Positions 8,543-19,400 of a DNA stretch of 64,000 nucleotides are shown piece by piece. The notes under the pieces are model-generated. The model was not told where the DNA came from. It ran no database searches and saw only the letters and a program-made list of their open reading frames with translations. Numbering within the stretch: position 1 is the first letter of the stretch; each line of letters opens with the position of its first letter. The position numbers were made by a program, and so were the translations under genes. This DNA is from Tyzzerella sp. (GTDB taxonomy: Bacteria > Bacillota > Clostridia > Lachnospirales > Lachnospiraceae). Location: NCBI GenBank assembly GCA_017465565.1, contig JAFTWA010000046.1:1897-65896 (forward strand), in the 5' to 3' direction.

Positions 8543-9688
8543 ATGAAGACAAAACAATTAGACTATCGCAATATTTTAGGGGATCCAATGACTCGGGCAG
8601 AGGTAATGGAACAGATTGCGAGAGATAAGGGAACTAACGAGAAATTTCAGGAACTTACAGATGAACTCAAAGAGGAATTAATTGCTTTTTGTATGGGAAA
8701 CCGAGGGCTTAAGGTGACATATGATCCGTTTTTCAAGTATATCTTCAATCCAAGTCTACACAATGAACGACTGGCGGAGTTGTTGTCGCTTCTTATAGGA
8801 GAAGAGGTGGAGATTGTAGATGTATTGCCAAATGAATCGGACCGTATTTCGGATTCGGGTTCGCTGCTTGTTATGGATATTTTAGTCAAGCTGAAATCAG
8901 GAGCATATGCAAACGTTGAAATTCAAAAGGTTGGTTATTTGTTTCAGGGGGAACGGTGCGCGTGTTATTCAGCAGATTTGTTGATGCGTCAATTGACAAG
9001 ACAGCGGGAAAAGGCAAAGGCAGAAAATCGGGATTTCAAATATAAGAGTATAAAGAAGGTGTACACGATTGTTCTGATGGAGAAAGCCCCTTCGGCTTAC
9101 TGGGATTTCCCGCAAGAGTATATTCATCATAGCAAACAAGTCTTTAATACTGGTTTGGAGTTGGATTTATTGCAGGAATATTTCATGATTCCGCTTGATA
9201 TTTTCAAAGAAATGTCACATAATAAAATCAACAAGTTGGAAGCATGGCTGTATTTTATTGGCTCAGATTCGCCAAAAGATATCTGTCGTGTGATTGAAGC
9301 ATTTCCAGAGTTTCGAAAGCTCTATAATGAGTTGTTAATGCTTCGGTATAAAACGAAGGAGTTGGTTAATATGTTTGATGTTATCAAGGAAGCACTTCGT
9401 GCCGCAGATGAAGGTACGGTGAAGTATATGGTGGAAGAACAGCAGAAGGAGATTGCGGAGCAGAGAAAGACGATTGCGAAACAAGAGAAGACGATTGATG
9501 AGCAATCAGAACAATTGGCGAAGCAGGATAAGCAGTTAGCAGAGCAGGACAAGCAGTTAGCAGAACAAGATGGGCAGTTAGCAGAGCAGAATGAGCAACT
9601 GGTGAAGCAAGCTGAGCAATTAGCGCATCAGCAGAAGGAAAATCAACGGCTTATGAAGCTGTTACAAGAAGCTAATATTAAGGTTTAA
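8543..9688 (+). CDS. Rpn family / PD-(D/E)XK nuclease-family 'putative transposase' with coiled-coil C-terminus
   Basis: YDPFFKYIF, MDILVKL..ANVEIQ (D..E-x-Q motif), ERCACY, KKVYTIVL, LEAWLYFI; ATG 8543 after AAGGAGG. Confidence 0.88.
   Translation: MKTKQLDYRNILGDPMTRAEVMEQIARDKGTNEKFQELTDELKEELIAFCMGNRGLKVTYDPFFKYIFNPSLHNERLAELLSLLIGEEVEIVDVLPNESDRISDSGSLLVMDILVKLKSGAYANVEIQKVGYLFQGERCACYSADLLMRQLTRQREKAKAENRDFKYKSIKKVYTIVLMEKAPSAYWDFPQEYIHHSKQVFNTGLELDLLQEYFMIPLDIFKEMSHNKINKLEAWLYFIGSDSPKDICRVIEAFPEFRKLYNELLMLRYKTKELVNMFDVIKEALRAADEGTVKYMVEEQQKEIAEQRKTIAKQEKTIDEQSEQLAKQDKQLAEQDKQLAEQDGQLAEQNEQLVKQAEQLAHQQKENQRLMKLLQEANIKV
9371..9688 (+). CDS. Putative internally translated small Rpn C-terminal protein (RpnS-like, 105 aa)
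   Basis: In-frame ATG 9371 preceded by AAGGAG (9356-9361) with 9-nt spacing; TATAAT at 9323 inside the gene. Confidence 0.5.
   Translation: MFDVIKEALRAADEGTVKYMVEEQQKEIAEQRKTIAKQEKTIDEQSEQLAKQDKQLAEQDKQLAEQDGQLAEQNEQLVKQAEQLAHQQKENQRLMKLLQEANIKV
9455..9622 (+). repeat. Eight degenerate 21-bp tandem repeats encoding heptads (AEQDKQL-type)
   Basis: e.g. gcgaagcaggataagcagtta / gcagagcaggacaagcagtta / gcagaacaagatgggcagtta. Confidence 0.85.
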
Positions 9689-9720
9689 TCTCTGGGCACA
9701 ATAACATTATAAGAAAGATG

Positions 9721-9758
9721 AAAAATACGGAGCATGCTAAAACATGCTCTGTTTTTTT
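9721..9758 (+). terminator. Rho-independent terminator
   Basis: acggagcatg-ctaaaa-catgctctgt followed by T-run. Confidence 0.8.
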
Positions 9759-9886
9759 GTGTAAAAATACCATAATTTGGATAGTTCCACCTGTCTTTTT
9801 GGGCATTGTATAATTCTTTTCGGAACAAAAACAATCAAAATCCCAAATCAGAATTGTATTTAGTACTTTTTAAATTTGGTGGGTTG

Positions 9887-9925
9887 TTGATATGAAAAAT
9901 CGAAATTGTATAATTAAAATATACA
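9887..9925 (+). promoter_or_regulatory. Promoter of AraC/ABC locus 1 with palindrome over the -10
   Basis: TTGATA(9887)-16-TATAAT(9909); tgtataattaaaatataca; conserved upstream of the paralog at 32021. Confidence 0.7.
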
Positions 9926-9957
9926 CGTTGGCAATGATATTAATAGAGGTGTAAATT

Positions 9958-10803
9958 ATGAGAGCGGTATATGACTATGAGGATGTCAAAAGTTTTTCGA
10001 AGCCAATTGATATACCTCCATTTTGGATTGAAATGGCAGGGATATCAAATTGTGATGAAACATATCGTATTTTCCGAGAACATTCAAAAGTATGCGTATG
10101 TGAATATATAATAAAGGGTTCAGGCACTTTGCAAATTGGCGAAAAAACATATCATCCTAAGGCAGGGGATATTTACATTCTTCCTGAGTTTGAGCGGCAT
10201 GAATATTATACAAATCCTAAAGACCCATGGACAAAAATATTTTTTAATGTGAGAGGAACGGGTGTTTCTGCCATGTTAAATGCCTTTGAAATGAAGAATA
10301 AAATTCTGTTTTCAGATTGCAAAGAACTTTATCCAGTATTTCAAAAGATATTTGAAAAAACCAAGGAAGACATAGATACAGAACAGATTATGATTGAGTG
10401 CTGTCAGTTGTTTGTACAGTTATTGTTTTCTCTTTACAACAAGGCAAAGACAATAGATGCAACTTTAGAGGAAGCTAAAAAAGTAAAAACATTCATTGAG
10501 AATAATATTGAGCGAGAACTTTCGATGAAAGAGATAGCGGATTCGATATATCGGTCAAAGGATTACACAAACAAATTATTTAAGCGTTATTACAATGTGA
10601 CACCATATTCTTATTATGTGGATTTGAGAATAGAAAAGGCGAAAGCATTGTTACAACATACAACGCTGACAATCAGCCAAATTTCGGAGAAATTAGGGTA
10701 TAAAAATGGAAAAGGTTTTTCAAAACAGTTTCATTATGTAACAGGAATGACTGCTTCCCGTTATAGACAGATTGAGCATGGAGTAAAAAGAGATGATTTG
10801 TAG
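9958..10803 (+). CDS. AraC family transcriptional regulator (paralog of 32021..32899)
   Basis: Cupin N-terminus (EYIIKGSG..GDIYIL..HEYY), C-terminal double HTH (LFKRYY..TPY..RIEKAKALL..ISEKLGY..FSKQF). Confidence 0.93.
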   Translation: MRAVYDYEDVKSFSKPIDIPPFWIEMAGISNCDETYRIFREHSKVCVCEYIIKGSGTLQIGEKTYHPKAGDIYILPEFERHEYYTNPKDPWTKIFFNVRGTGVSAMLNAFEMKNKILFSDCKELYPVFQKIFEKTKEDIDTEQIMIECCQLFVQLLFSLYNKAKTIDATLEEAKKVKTFIENNIERELSMKEIADSIYRSKDYTNKLFKRYYNVTPYSYYVDLRIEKAKALLQHTTLTISQISEKLGYKNGKGFSKQFHYVTGMTASRYRQIEHGVKRDDL

Positions 10804-10849
10804 CGTTTTACGAACGCTTATAAATATAAAAAAAGAGGAGGAAAAAACT

Positions 10850-12676
10850 ATGAAAGGAAAAATGAAAAGAATAGCAGCTATCTTACTTACAGCTGCTATG
10901 ACAATTAGTGCCACAGCATGTGGTGGAGGCGGCAACTCTAAAAATGCCGACGCAGGAGACAGAACAGTTATTTATTATGCAGCATCTTACGTTACTGCAC
11001 AGGTACGTGACGCTTACCTTGAAATGGTGAAAACGTACAATGAAGGTCAAGGTATGAAAGACGGCGTTTATGTTCAGATGACAGAAAACTCTGGTGCAAT
11101 CAGCGGACTTGATTCAGCATTAAGAAGCAACTACATGTATGACGTACTTCAATTACAGGATGACGAATACAAGTCACTTGCAATTCAAGGTGGAAACTAC
11201 TTTGTGGCGTTGGATGAATACCTTACCGATGAAGTGAAGACAGCTATGAACTGGGATGCCATTCCTGAAAACTTAATCAATCGATTCCGCATGAACACAA
11301 CTGCGAACGAAGGCAATATTTATTTGGCAGGAGAAGGGACTGACCTTCTTGCGTTTCCAAACGGAAGCAATCCACAGGTTCTCTTCTATAACAAAGCTAT
11401 CTTAGAACAATGTGGAATTAATGTAATTTCAGTACCTGAAGCAGAATTAGAAAGCTATAATTCAGAAAATGGAGCATCACTTAAACCACACGGATATGCA
11501 GAGTACAAAGAAGCTCCATTCGCAGATGCAATTAGTGGTAAAAACGAAGCAGGCGAATTTGTATACAAAGTATTCAATGAATGTATTGCAATGAACTGGG
11601 AAGAACTCCGATGTGTGGCACGTGCTATGCAAAGGCAATACGGATATGAATATGGATATATGAGCGAATGGTGGTTTAACTATGGATTCTCAGTAGGAGG
11701 CGACTGCGTAGGCTGGAATGGTGAGATTGGCGAATACGAGCTTACGATTTCAGATAAACAGGCAAACTACTTAGCATTAACAGATATTACAGTAAATGGA
11801 AGAGACTATAGCAAAGGTGAAGTGCTTCTTTATGAAGACAAATCCTTCTTGAATAGTAATGAATCAGAAAAGCAGGCATTAAGCGGAAAAATCTACGCGC
11901 TTCCATCACAATACGATGCAATCTTAGAATTTAACCGTTTAGGTGTACCAACCAGCAAAGAGGCAGATAAAGGTGTGAAAGGATATGGAGTTGCTCCAAG
12001 CACAACAGCTAACCGTACGGCAAGATTTACATCAGGCTCAGACTGTCCATTACTTGTTGAAGACTTTATTCAGACAGAATCATTCAAGGGTATCCTTGGC
12101 GACGCACTCGGAATGGCAATGCCAGCACAATACAGAGAGTACGTAGGTGGCAGCACATATACAAATGGTGGTACAGAATACTTAAAGGTAATTGGAGAAA
12201 CATATGACGGAGCTGTTTACACAGGAGACTTACATTATGAAGGCGACACAGCTATTGTAGGTGAAGCGGCAACAGAAAGTGAAGCAGCTGGATTATTTAT
12301 TCCTGCAAACACAAAGAATCAAAACTACGACGAAGCAGTGAAATTTGCAAGTTGGGTAGCAGGTCCAGAAGGTCAGGCAATTCTTGCAAAAGGCAATACT
12401 CAAGTTCCTAACCAGACAACATACGGACTTGGCGAATATGCAACAGCAGAAGAAAGAACCATTCCAAACATGTGGGCAGGTGCATATCTTGCACAAAAAG
12501 CTGATATCGGTGACTATACATACTTTACATCATTGACATGGATTACAGAATGGTCACAAACCTTCAACAGTGATGTACGTGAAGGAAAAATGACACTTAC
12601 AGACTTTATTGCAGCTAAGAAATCAGTGGCTGATACAGGACTCAAAGGTATGAATATCCGAATTATTGGGAGGTAG
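10850..12676 (+). CDS. Carbohydrate ABC transporter solute-binding lipoprotein (unusually long, ~608 aa)
   Basis: Lipobox ATAC-GGGG, VLFYNK, WEEL, EAVKFASW..PEGQ..VP; ATG 10850 after GAGGAGG. Confidence 0.88.
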   Translation: MKGKMKRIAAILLTAAMTISATACGGGGNSKNADAGDRTVIYYAASYVTAQVRDAYLEMVKTYNEGQGMKDGVYVQMTENSGAISGLDSALRSNYMYDVLQLQDDEYKSLAIQGGNYFVALDEYLTDEVKTAMNWDAIPENLINRFRMNTTANEGNIYLAGEGTDLLAFPNGSNPQVLFYNKAILEQCGINVISVPEAELESYNSENGASLKPHGYAEYKEAPFADAISGKNEAGEFVYKVFNECIAMNWEELRCVARAMQRQYGYEYGYMSEWWFNYGFSVGGDCVGWNGEIGEYELTISDKQANYLALTDITVNGRDYSKGEVLLYEDKSFLNSNESEKQALSGKIYALPSQYDAILEFNRLGVPTSKEADKGVKGYGVAPSTTANRTARFTSGSDCPLLVEDFIQTESFKGILGDALGMAMPAQYREYVGGSTYTNGGTEYLKVIGETYDGAVYTGDLHYEGDTAIVGEAATESEAAGLFIPANTKNQNYDEAVKFASWVAGPEGQAILAKGNTQVPNQTTYGLGEYATAEERTIPNMWAGAYLAQKADIGDYTYFTSLTWITEWSQTFNSDVREGKMTLTDFIAAKKSVADTGLKGMNIRIIGR

Positions 12677-12681
12677 TTCCT

Positions 12682-13644
12682 ATGCAGGAAACGAGTAAAA
12701 AGAAAGTGAAATGGAAACGAGAGCAAAAGCTTGCTCTCGTAATGTCCTTAATTCCGCTTATCGGATTTGTCATTTTCAACGGATTCCCGTTGTTGATTTC
12801 TTTTATCGGAATGTTTTGCAACGTGGATTTATATGACTTAACGAATATACAATGGAACAATTTTGAAGGCTTCAAGTCTGTATTTATACCGAGACATGCC
12901 TTTGAACTATTTTACTTTGATTTATCAAAATATTTTTATAAAGCGGTTGTGATTACAATTTGGATTGCTTCAACCCAGCTTGTAACATTGCTTATCGCAC
13001 TTGTCGTTGCGACATTACTCCGCGAGAAATTCTTTGGAAGCAAACTTTTCCAGGTTCTATTCTTCATTCCATACATTTGCTCAACGGTAGCAGTAGCACT
13101 TATGTGGAGATGGATTTTTGACTGGGAAGGCGGAATTCTTAACAGCATCCTTGGAACAAATGTCAAATGGCTGGAAGATCCAAAAACTATGACATGGTGT
13201 ATCATCATCGCCATTATCTGGTCAGCGCCGGGATACGGAATTGTAATGTACAAAGCAGCATTTTCAAATATTAACAACGCGCTTTACGAGGCGGCAGCTA
13301 TTGATGGAGCAAATGCATGGCAGAAGTTCCGAAACGTCACACTTCCAGGAATCAGTCCGACTACTTTCTTCCTTTTACAGGCAGGCGTGGGAGCTGGATT
13401 CTTGATATACGATTTAGCGCAGTTAATTATTCCAAATGCATGGGGTTCGCCAGGCGGAAAAGATTCCATGGGACTCACATTAATGCGTTTAGTTTATTAC
13501 TTAATTACTAACTCTACAACAACAGATGCGAATGGGGTAAGCTACATGGTTTCCTGCGCATGTGTAATTAGCTGGCTGCTCTTTGCAGTAACAGGCATCC
13601 TTTCGATGATTCTGTTCAGACAGAGAGAAAAAAGCGCATCCTAG
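12682..13644 (+). CDS. Carbohydrate ABC transporter permease (MalF-type)
   Basis: FFIPYI, LYEAAAIDGANAWQKFRNVTLP EAA loop. Confidence 0.93.
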   Translation: MQETSKKKVKWKREQKLALVMSLIPLIGFVIFNGFPLLISFIGMFCNVDLYDLTNIQWNNFEGFKSVFIPRHAFELFYFDLSKYFYKAVVITIWIASTQLVTLLIALVVATLLREKFFGSKLFQVLFFIPYICSTVAVALMWRWIFDWEGGILNSILGTNVKWLEDPKTMTWCIIIAIIWSAPGYGIVMYKAAFSNINNALYEAAAIDGANAWQKFRNVTLPGISPTTFFLLQAGVGAGFLIYDLAQLIIPNAWGSPGGKDSMGLTLMRLVYYLITNSTTTDANGVSYMVSCACVISWLLFAVTGILSMILFRQREKSAS

Positions 13645-13661
13645 TGAAAGGCGGTGAAATT

Positions 13662-14540
13662 GTGAGTAAAAAGAAATTATCCATTGGACAATTATTCATT
13701 TATATCATATTGATTTTATACACAGTTTTTCTGTTCTTTCCTATTGCAACGGTATTTATTACATCCTTCGTTCCAACCGAGGAACTTGCAACAAGTAAAG
13801 AGTTCATCTGGGGCTCGGCAAATGCGAACATCGAAGCATACAAGGCGATTTTCTTAAACGACAGTTACAGAACTATTGTAGGAATGCCTGGTCTAGTACT
13901 CGGATTCATCAACACTATGTGGCTCACTTTAGTTCCACTTTGTGTTGGACTTATGACAGCGGGATTTGCAGCCTTTGCATTTTCCAAAATGGATTTCCCA
14001 GGAAAGGAAAAACTGTTTAAATTTTCAGTAATTATCAGAATGATTCCGCTTGGAGCATTCGGAGTTATCTCTTATGTGTTCTATTCAAATATCGGATGGA
14101 CAGGAGATAATGGATACTTACCGCTTCTCATTCCAGGAATGTTTGGTGGAATTGGAACCATGTTCTTCCTCCGATTATTCTTTGACGGAATTCCAGATTC
14201 CTTAATAGAAGCAGCAAAACTGGACGGTGCTGGATTCTTTGAAACCTTCTTCAAGGTCATGTTTCCGCTTGCAAAGCCTGCATTCATATCGCAGTTCATT
14301 TTTGGATTCGTAGGCGGTTACAACAGTTATCTTGGACCAATGCTGTACTTGCAAAATCAGCCGAAGTTCGTAACACTTCAGTTGTATTTGAGCCAGATTC
14401 GTAGTCTGTTCCCAAATGCAGGAAGTGAGAACATTTATAGTGCGGCTGCAATATTAGGAATGCTTCCACTCATCGTGATTTACTGTTTCATGCAGAAATA
14501 CTTTATCGAAGGTATTACTGTTGGCGGTGTAAAAGAGTAG
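13662..14540 (+). CDS. Carbohydrate ABC transporter permease (MalG-type)
   Basis: IPDSLIEAAKLDGAG..FFKVMFPLAKP, QKYFIEGITVGGVKE; GTG 13662 after AAGGCGGTG (13644 also possible). Confidence 0.93.
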   Translation: MSKKKLSIGQLFIYIILILYTVFLFFPIATVFITSFVPTEELATSKEFIWGSANANIEAYKAIFLNDSYRTIVGMPGLVLGFINTMWLTLVPLCVGLMTAGFAAFAFSKMDFPGKEKLFKFSVIIRMIPLGAFGVISYVFYSNIGWTGDNGYLPLLIPGMFGGIGTMFFLRLFFDGIPDSLIEAAKLDGAGFFETFFKVMFPLAKPAFISQFIFGFVGGYNSYLGPMLYLQNQPKFVTLQLYLSQIRSLFPNAGSENIYSAAAILGMLPLIVIYCFMQKYFIEGITVGGVKE

Positions 14541-14561
14541 TTATGGGGGTGTTATAACGAA

Positions 14562-16388
14562 ATGAAAAAGAAAATTGCAACAATATTTCTGGCGGCAGCA
14601 TCGATTGCATTGCTTGCCGGTTGCCAAAAGCAATATGAAGTAGCCAATTATCAAGGTGAAATTGCGGAAGGCGAAACAAAATCGGATTACAACAAAGAAT
14701 TATTTTATCGTAACGATAAACAAACAGGATTGGCAGACCCGTTTGTTCTGGATAACACAGAAGTAGACGGCTATTACTATATGTATGGTACAGAAGGCTC
14801 TCTGTTTTGTTATCGTTCGCAAAACCTGATGGATTGGGAACCAGTTGGAAATGCTTTGGATAACTATTTCTTCAATGAAGATGGGACTCGTTCAGAGGAT
14901 TTAAAATCAACATGGCAAGATATTTGGGCACCTGAAGTTGTCTATGATGCAGAAACAGAAGACTATTATATGTTTTTCAGCGCAACTCCAGTGGAAGATA
15001 CGACTGTTGTAGCTGGAAATGGTGTGGAGGAGGGTACTCCAACCAGACAACTTATGGTAGCGAAATCAAAATATCCATATAAAGAATTTGAAGTAGTGAA
15101 CTTTAGAGATTCAAAGAGTTGTGGAGCAGAAAATGTACATACATATAGCGAAAGTAGATTTCCACATTATTTTGCGAAATACCTGATGCTAGATCCGGCA
15201 GAATACATTGCATTCTCTAAGGCAAATGGAAGAGATGATGCGGGTGTAGGCTATGGCGGTTATACTACTGCAATCGACCCACATCCATATGTGGACGAAG
15301 ATGGAACAAAGTATCTGTTCTGGGTAGATAACTTGGATCAGGATCGTCTCTGTGGTGTAAAAATGGATAACTGGTTAAAACCGGACTGGAGTACTGCAAA
15401 GGCACTCACATATACACATTATTATACAGTAGATGATTGGAAAGCAGCTCAAGAAGGTGGCAATGTACCACTGGTTACTTACGAAAATGAAACCAATCAT
15501 ACCAATGAAGGTCCTGTGATTACGAAACACAATGGGAAATATTATTTAACGTTCTCTGTAAATGATTATTGGGATAGTTCATATCAGCTTGGTCAGGCTG
15601 TTTCAGACAACATTTTAGGTCCATATCGTAAATTGACAGAAGCAGAAGGTGGGTTACTTCTTTCTGGTGGTGTGGCAGGAAGCCAGGATATATCCGGTAC
15701 TGGACATCATAGTTTTGTTACACTCGGCGATAAAATGTATGTTATATATCACCGACATAACAATTTCACTGCGGCGGGGACCGCACGTAATCATGCAATT
15801 GATGAAATCAAGTGGATTACAGTGAAAGACAAGGATGGGAATGACCTTGAAGTAATGTATACAAACGGACCAACATGTACCGTTCAGCCAAAACTGGAAG
15901 CTTACAGTGATTATAAAAACATTGCACTGGAGGCTGCGGTATCAGGTTCTTCAGACGCATCTTACTTGAATGATGATTTGCTTTCTATCTATAAATACGG
16001 TGACACGACTTTTATGGAATATATAAAGGAAACCACAATTTCTGAAACAACAACATTCAGCTTTGATTTCGAGGAAGCAAGAGCAGTACGTGCAGTCATG
16101 ATTTATAACTCAAAGAATGAAAATGCATGTTTCAGAAATATTTCCAAAGTGGAATTCGTGTGCGAAGAAAACGGAAAAGAAGTGATTCGTTGCATTGAAG
16201 ACATGGAATTCAGTACGGAATACTATAGAGCGAATGACCTTGATGATTCAATTTACTATGTTATTCCAGGAGCAGCTGCGTATGCAGAATTTAATGAATT
16301 AAATGTAAAATCAATTAAAGTAACAGTGGAAGTACCAGAAGGTCAGCCTTCAGTTGGTATTTCTGAAATAAGAATTCTTGGACAATAA
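14562..16388 (+). CDS. Glycoside hydrolase family 43 lipoprotein with C-terminal beta-sandwich domain
   Basis: Lipobox LAGC; ADPF, WAPE, IDP, NEGP, GTGHHS five-bladed propeller motifs. Confidence 0.88.
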   Translation: MKKKIATIFLAAASIALLAGCQKQYEVANYQGEIAEGETKSDYNKELFYRNDKQTGLADPFVLDNTEVDGYYYMYGTEGSLFCYRSQNLMDWEPVGNALDNYFFNEDGTRSEDLKSTWQDIWAPEVVYDAETEDYYMFFSATPVEDTTVVAGNGVEEGTPTRQLMVAKSKYPYKEFEVVNFRDSKSCGAENVHTYSESRFPHYFAKYLMLDPAEYIAFSKANGRDDAGVGYGGYTTAIDPHPYVDEDGTKYLFWVDNLDQDRLCGVKMDNWLKPDWSTAKALTYTHYYTVDDWKAAQEGGNVPLVTYENETNHTNEGPVITKHNGKYYLTFSVNDYWDSSYQLGQAVSDNILGPYRKLTEAEGGLLLSGGVAGSQDISGTGHHSFVTLGDKMYVIYHRHNNFTAAGTARNHAIDEIKWITVKDKDGNDLEVMYTNGPTCTVQPKLEAYSDYKNIALEAAVSGSSDASYLNDDLLSIYKYGDTTFMEYIKETTISETTTFSFDFEEARAVRAVMIYNSKNENACFRNISKVEFVCEENGKEVIRCIEDMEFSTEYYRANDLDDSIYYVIPGAAAYAEFNELNVKSIKVTVEVPEGQPSVGISEIRILGQ

Positions 16389-16402
16389 GGGAGGTGCTGC
16401 AA

Positions 16403-19400
16403 ATGGAAAAAACAAAGAAAATGACCACAAAAAAAGTTATAGCCATATTAGCTGCTATTTTCTTGCTTTGTGGAGGAGCACTGGCATTATTGGTAATCGC
16501 CCGCAATTATACAAAGACGGTTGCATCCGAAGAAAAATATGAATATTTTAATCCGGATGAGACAAAAGCGGAACCTGATGACGGGTTTGTCATTGATGGT
16601 GTTCTCGACGAAGAACAATACAAAAAGTGTAACTGGCTCAAACTGAAAAATGACCAAGGCGGAGCCGGCGTTGACCTTGCCATGACCAGTTTTTATGGTA
16701 AAAAAGGAATGTACATTGTTTATGATATCTCAGAGAGTTCTCCAATTTATGTAAATCTGGAGCGAGAAAGCTATATGAACAGTGGTGTCGAAATGTATCT
16801 CGCATTAAGTGATGTCACCAGTATGGCTAGTAATAAGATTTTCGAAATCGATTTGCTCCCAACAGGAGACATGAACTTCCGTCAAAGAACAGGAAAAGAA
16901 AACTGGGTAAATGTTGCGAGTTCAGATGATATTATGGCTTATCTGGGTGCAACAACGAAAGGCGGTGCTGTCAATACAGAAGAATGTAACGGATACAATC
17001 TGGAATTGTTCATCCCATGGGACTATATGGATAAATTAGGAATGAATGCTTCTGAAATGCAGGAATCATTTGTCTATATCAATCCTGTTCACATTACCTC
17101 TTACAGTCTCACTGGTACAAATGCCGGTACAGATAGATACTGGTATGCTTTTGCAACACAGCTTGGAAGTGATGGATGGAACGATGTTGCCCAGTATTTC
17201 AGATTTGGCGAAAGAGGTGTGCTTGGAACCGTTCCTGTTAAGTTGGTGGAAGGTGAAAACTACACGATTACGGGAAATGACAGTGTAATTCCTGGAATGA
17301 TGACCACTGTAACAATTACACCAGAGGACGGATATGCATTAAATTCCATTTTAGTAAATGGAGAAGAATATATTAAGAAAGTAGCTTATAACGAAGATGG
17401 TTCCGTGACATTGAAGCTCCGTGGTGTAAAAGAGGGGCTGGTAATTTCTGCTTCCGCGGAGGCTGTTACCGACGGAAATAAAACACTGAGTGGAACTGTA
17501 CAAGTTCACAAACTTGGAGGGGATACATTAGAGGGTGTTTCGTTAAGCTATAAAGGTCCAGGTGGAGAAAAACCGATTACATTTGATAGTAACGGAAAAT
17601 TTGAATTAAAGGATTTAAAACAGGGATATTACATAATCACAGCGGAAAAGAAGGGATATGCACCTATTAACCGTGGTATTTGTCTCAATCGAAATATCGA
17701 AACAGAACTGGTATTGGAATATCAAATGTTTGAGGCAGAAACAGGATATAACTGGATTTTAGATGACCAAAACGATGGTGTACTGAATCGATTTGGTGGT
17801 TCAGGAAAGATTCTTTCTGTAGATTCATATAAAAAGTTCGCAGTCGAAGCTAACTTTAAATACGACACTGAGTTAGCTGCAATGTCTGATGGAGATACAT
17901 TCCTACAACAACGTTCAGGTATCCAAATCAAATTCAGTAATGGAAAATTCTGGCGTGTGGACCTTATGAAAGAAAAAGATGTTTTCAAAGTACAGTATGC
18001 AAAACATAATACTGCTACTGTATTTGATTGGAAAACGGTTCATGAATTGACAGAAAAAGAGATTGCACAGTATCAGAGTGAAGAAGGAATTAAACTTTCT
18101 ATCTTAAGAGATGGAAATTATGCATGGGTATGTTTGAATGATAAACCTGTAGCAGTCGAAGTCCTTGATGACGAGTATAAGAACTGTACAGCTCAAATTG
18201 GTTTTGAAGGCTGGGTTGCAAATCAGGAAATTGAAGAAATGAATTATAGCATTTCTACAAGTTTTAAACAAAACCTTAAGAATTTCTATTTTACAACTTC
18301 CGGAAAATGGGATATCAGCCGTCAGTTAGAAGGCGTTGTTTCATTGCCAGGTGGTGGTACACATGTTTTACCATTCTATAAAGAATATACAGATATTGAT
18401 TTAACGCTCAAGAATGTGAAAGAACATGACGCTACTGGTAAGAAGCCGGGAAGAACCGACGTCCTGTTTGAATTTGATACCAATGGCGATGGAAAAGTAG
18501 ACAAGAGTGTTTCATTTGGTATCGTGTGCACAGAACCAGAAACAAAGACCTGCTGGGTTCAGACATTAGGAAATGCAGACAACTACCTTCCAGCCACAAG
18601 AATTAAAGGCTTGTATAAGTTAAGTGCGCAGGAAGCAGAAAAATACTTAAATGGTGATGGTGTAGAATTCCGTGTTGTTCGAAAAGGCACAGAAGTTTAC
18701 CTTTTTGTAGAAGGTGAAGAAGTAGCTATTTTTGATTTGACACAGAATAAGAGTGGTGTGAAGGCAGATACCAAAGCAAAAGTGTCACTGAGACATTACG
18801 ACGCTGAGGGTGATGTTGTATTACCATTTACAGTATCAGATAAAGTTGAGAAGGTCGAAATTGATAAAATCTTCAAAGACAACGAAAAATGGGATTTGAC
18901 AAAACAGTATGAAGGTGTTGTTTCATTGCCAGGGGGCGGAACAGATACATCCCTTCAGTTCTTTAAGAAGTACCAGAATATCGATTTGACAATAACTGCA
19001 AAAGAAAATGATAAAACAGGCAAAAAGCCAGGAAGAACCGATGTCTTATTTGAGTTTGACTTAAATAATGATGGGACAATGGATAAAAACGTTTCCTTCG
19101 GTGTTGTACAGTTAAGCAACGGAAGCTGCGAAATTCAGACATTGGGATGGAATGAAAAATTCATACCAGAAAAGAGAATCAATGCTCTTTATCAATTAGA
19201 TTATGGCGAAACATTGAAGTACAAAAATGAAGGAATTGGACTTCGAGTAGTTCGTTATGGAGCAGATGTGTTCCTTTATGTGGATGGAAAACAGGTTGCT
19301 GTATTCGACTTGACACAGAACAATAGTGGTGTAAAAGCAGATAGCAAGGCAACTGTGATTCTAAGACACTATGACGCAGTAGCTGAAAATGTAGTGATTC

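Noticed and set aside
8543-9688. IS element / true transposase
   Set aside because: No terminal inverted repeats or target duplication seen, and the protein has PD-(D/E)XK rather than DDE or HUH motifs.
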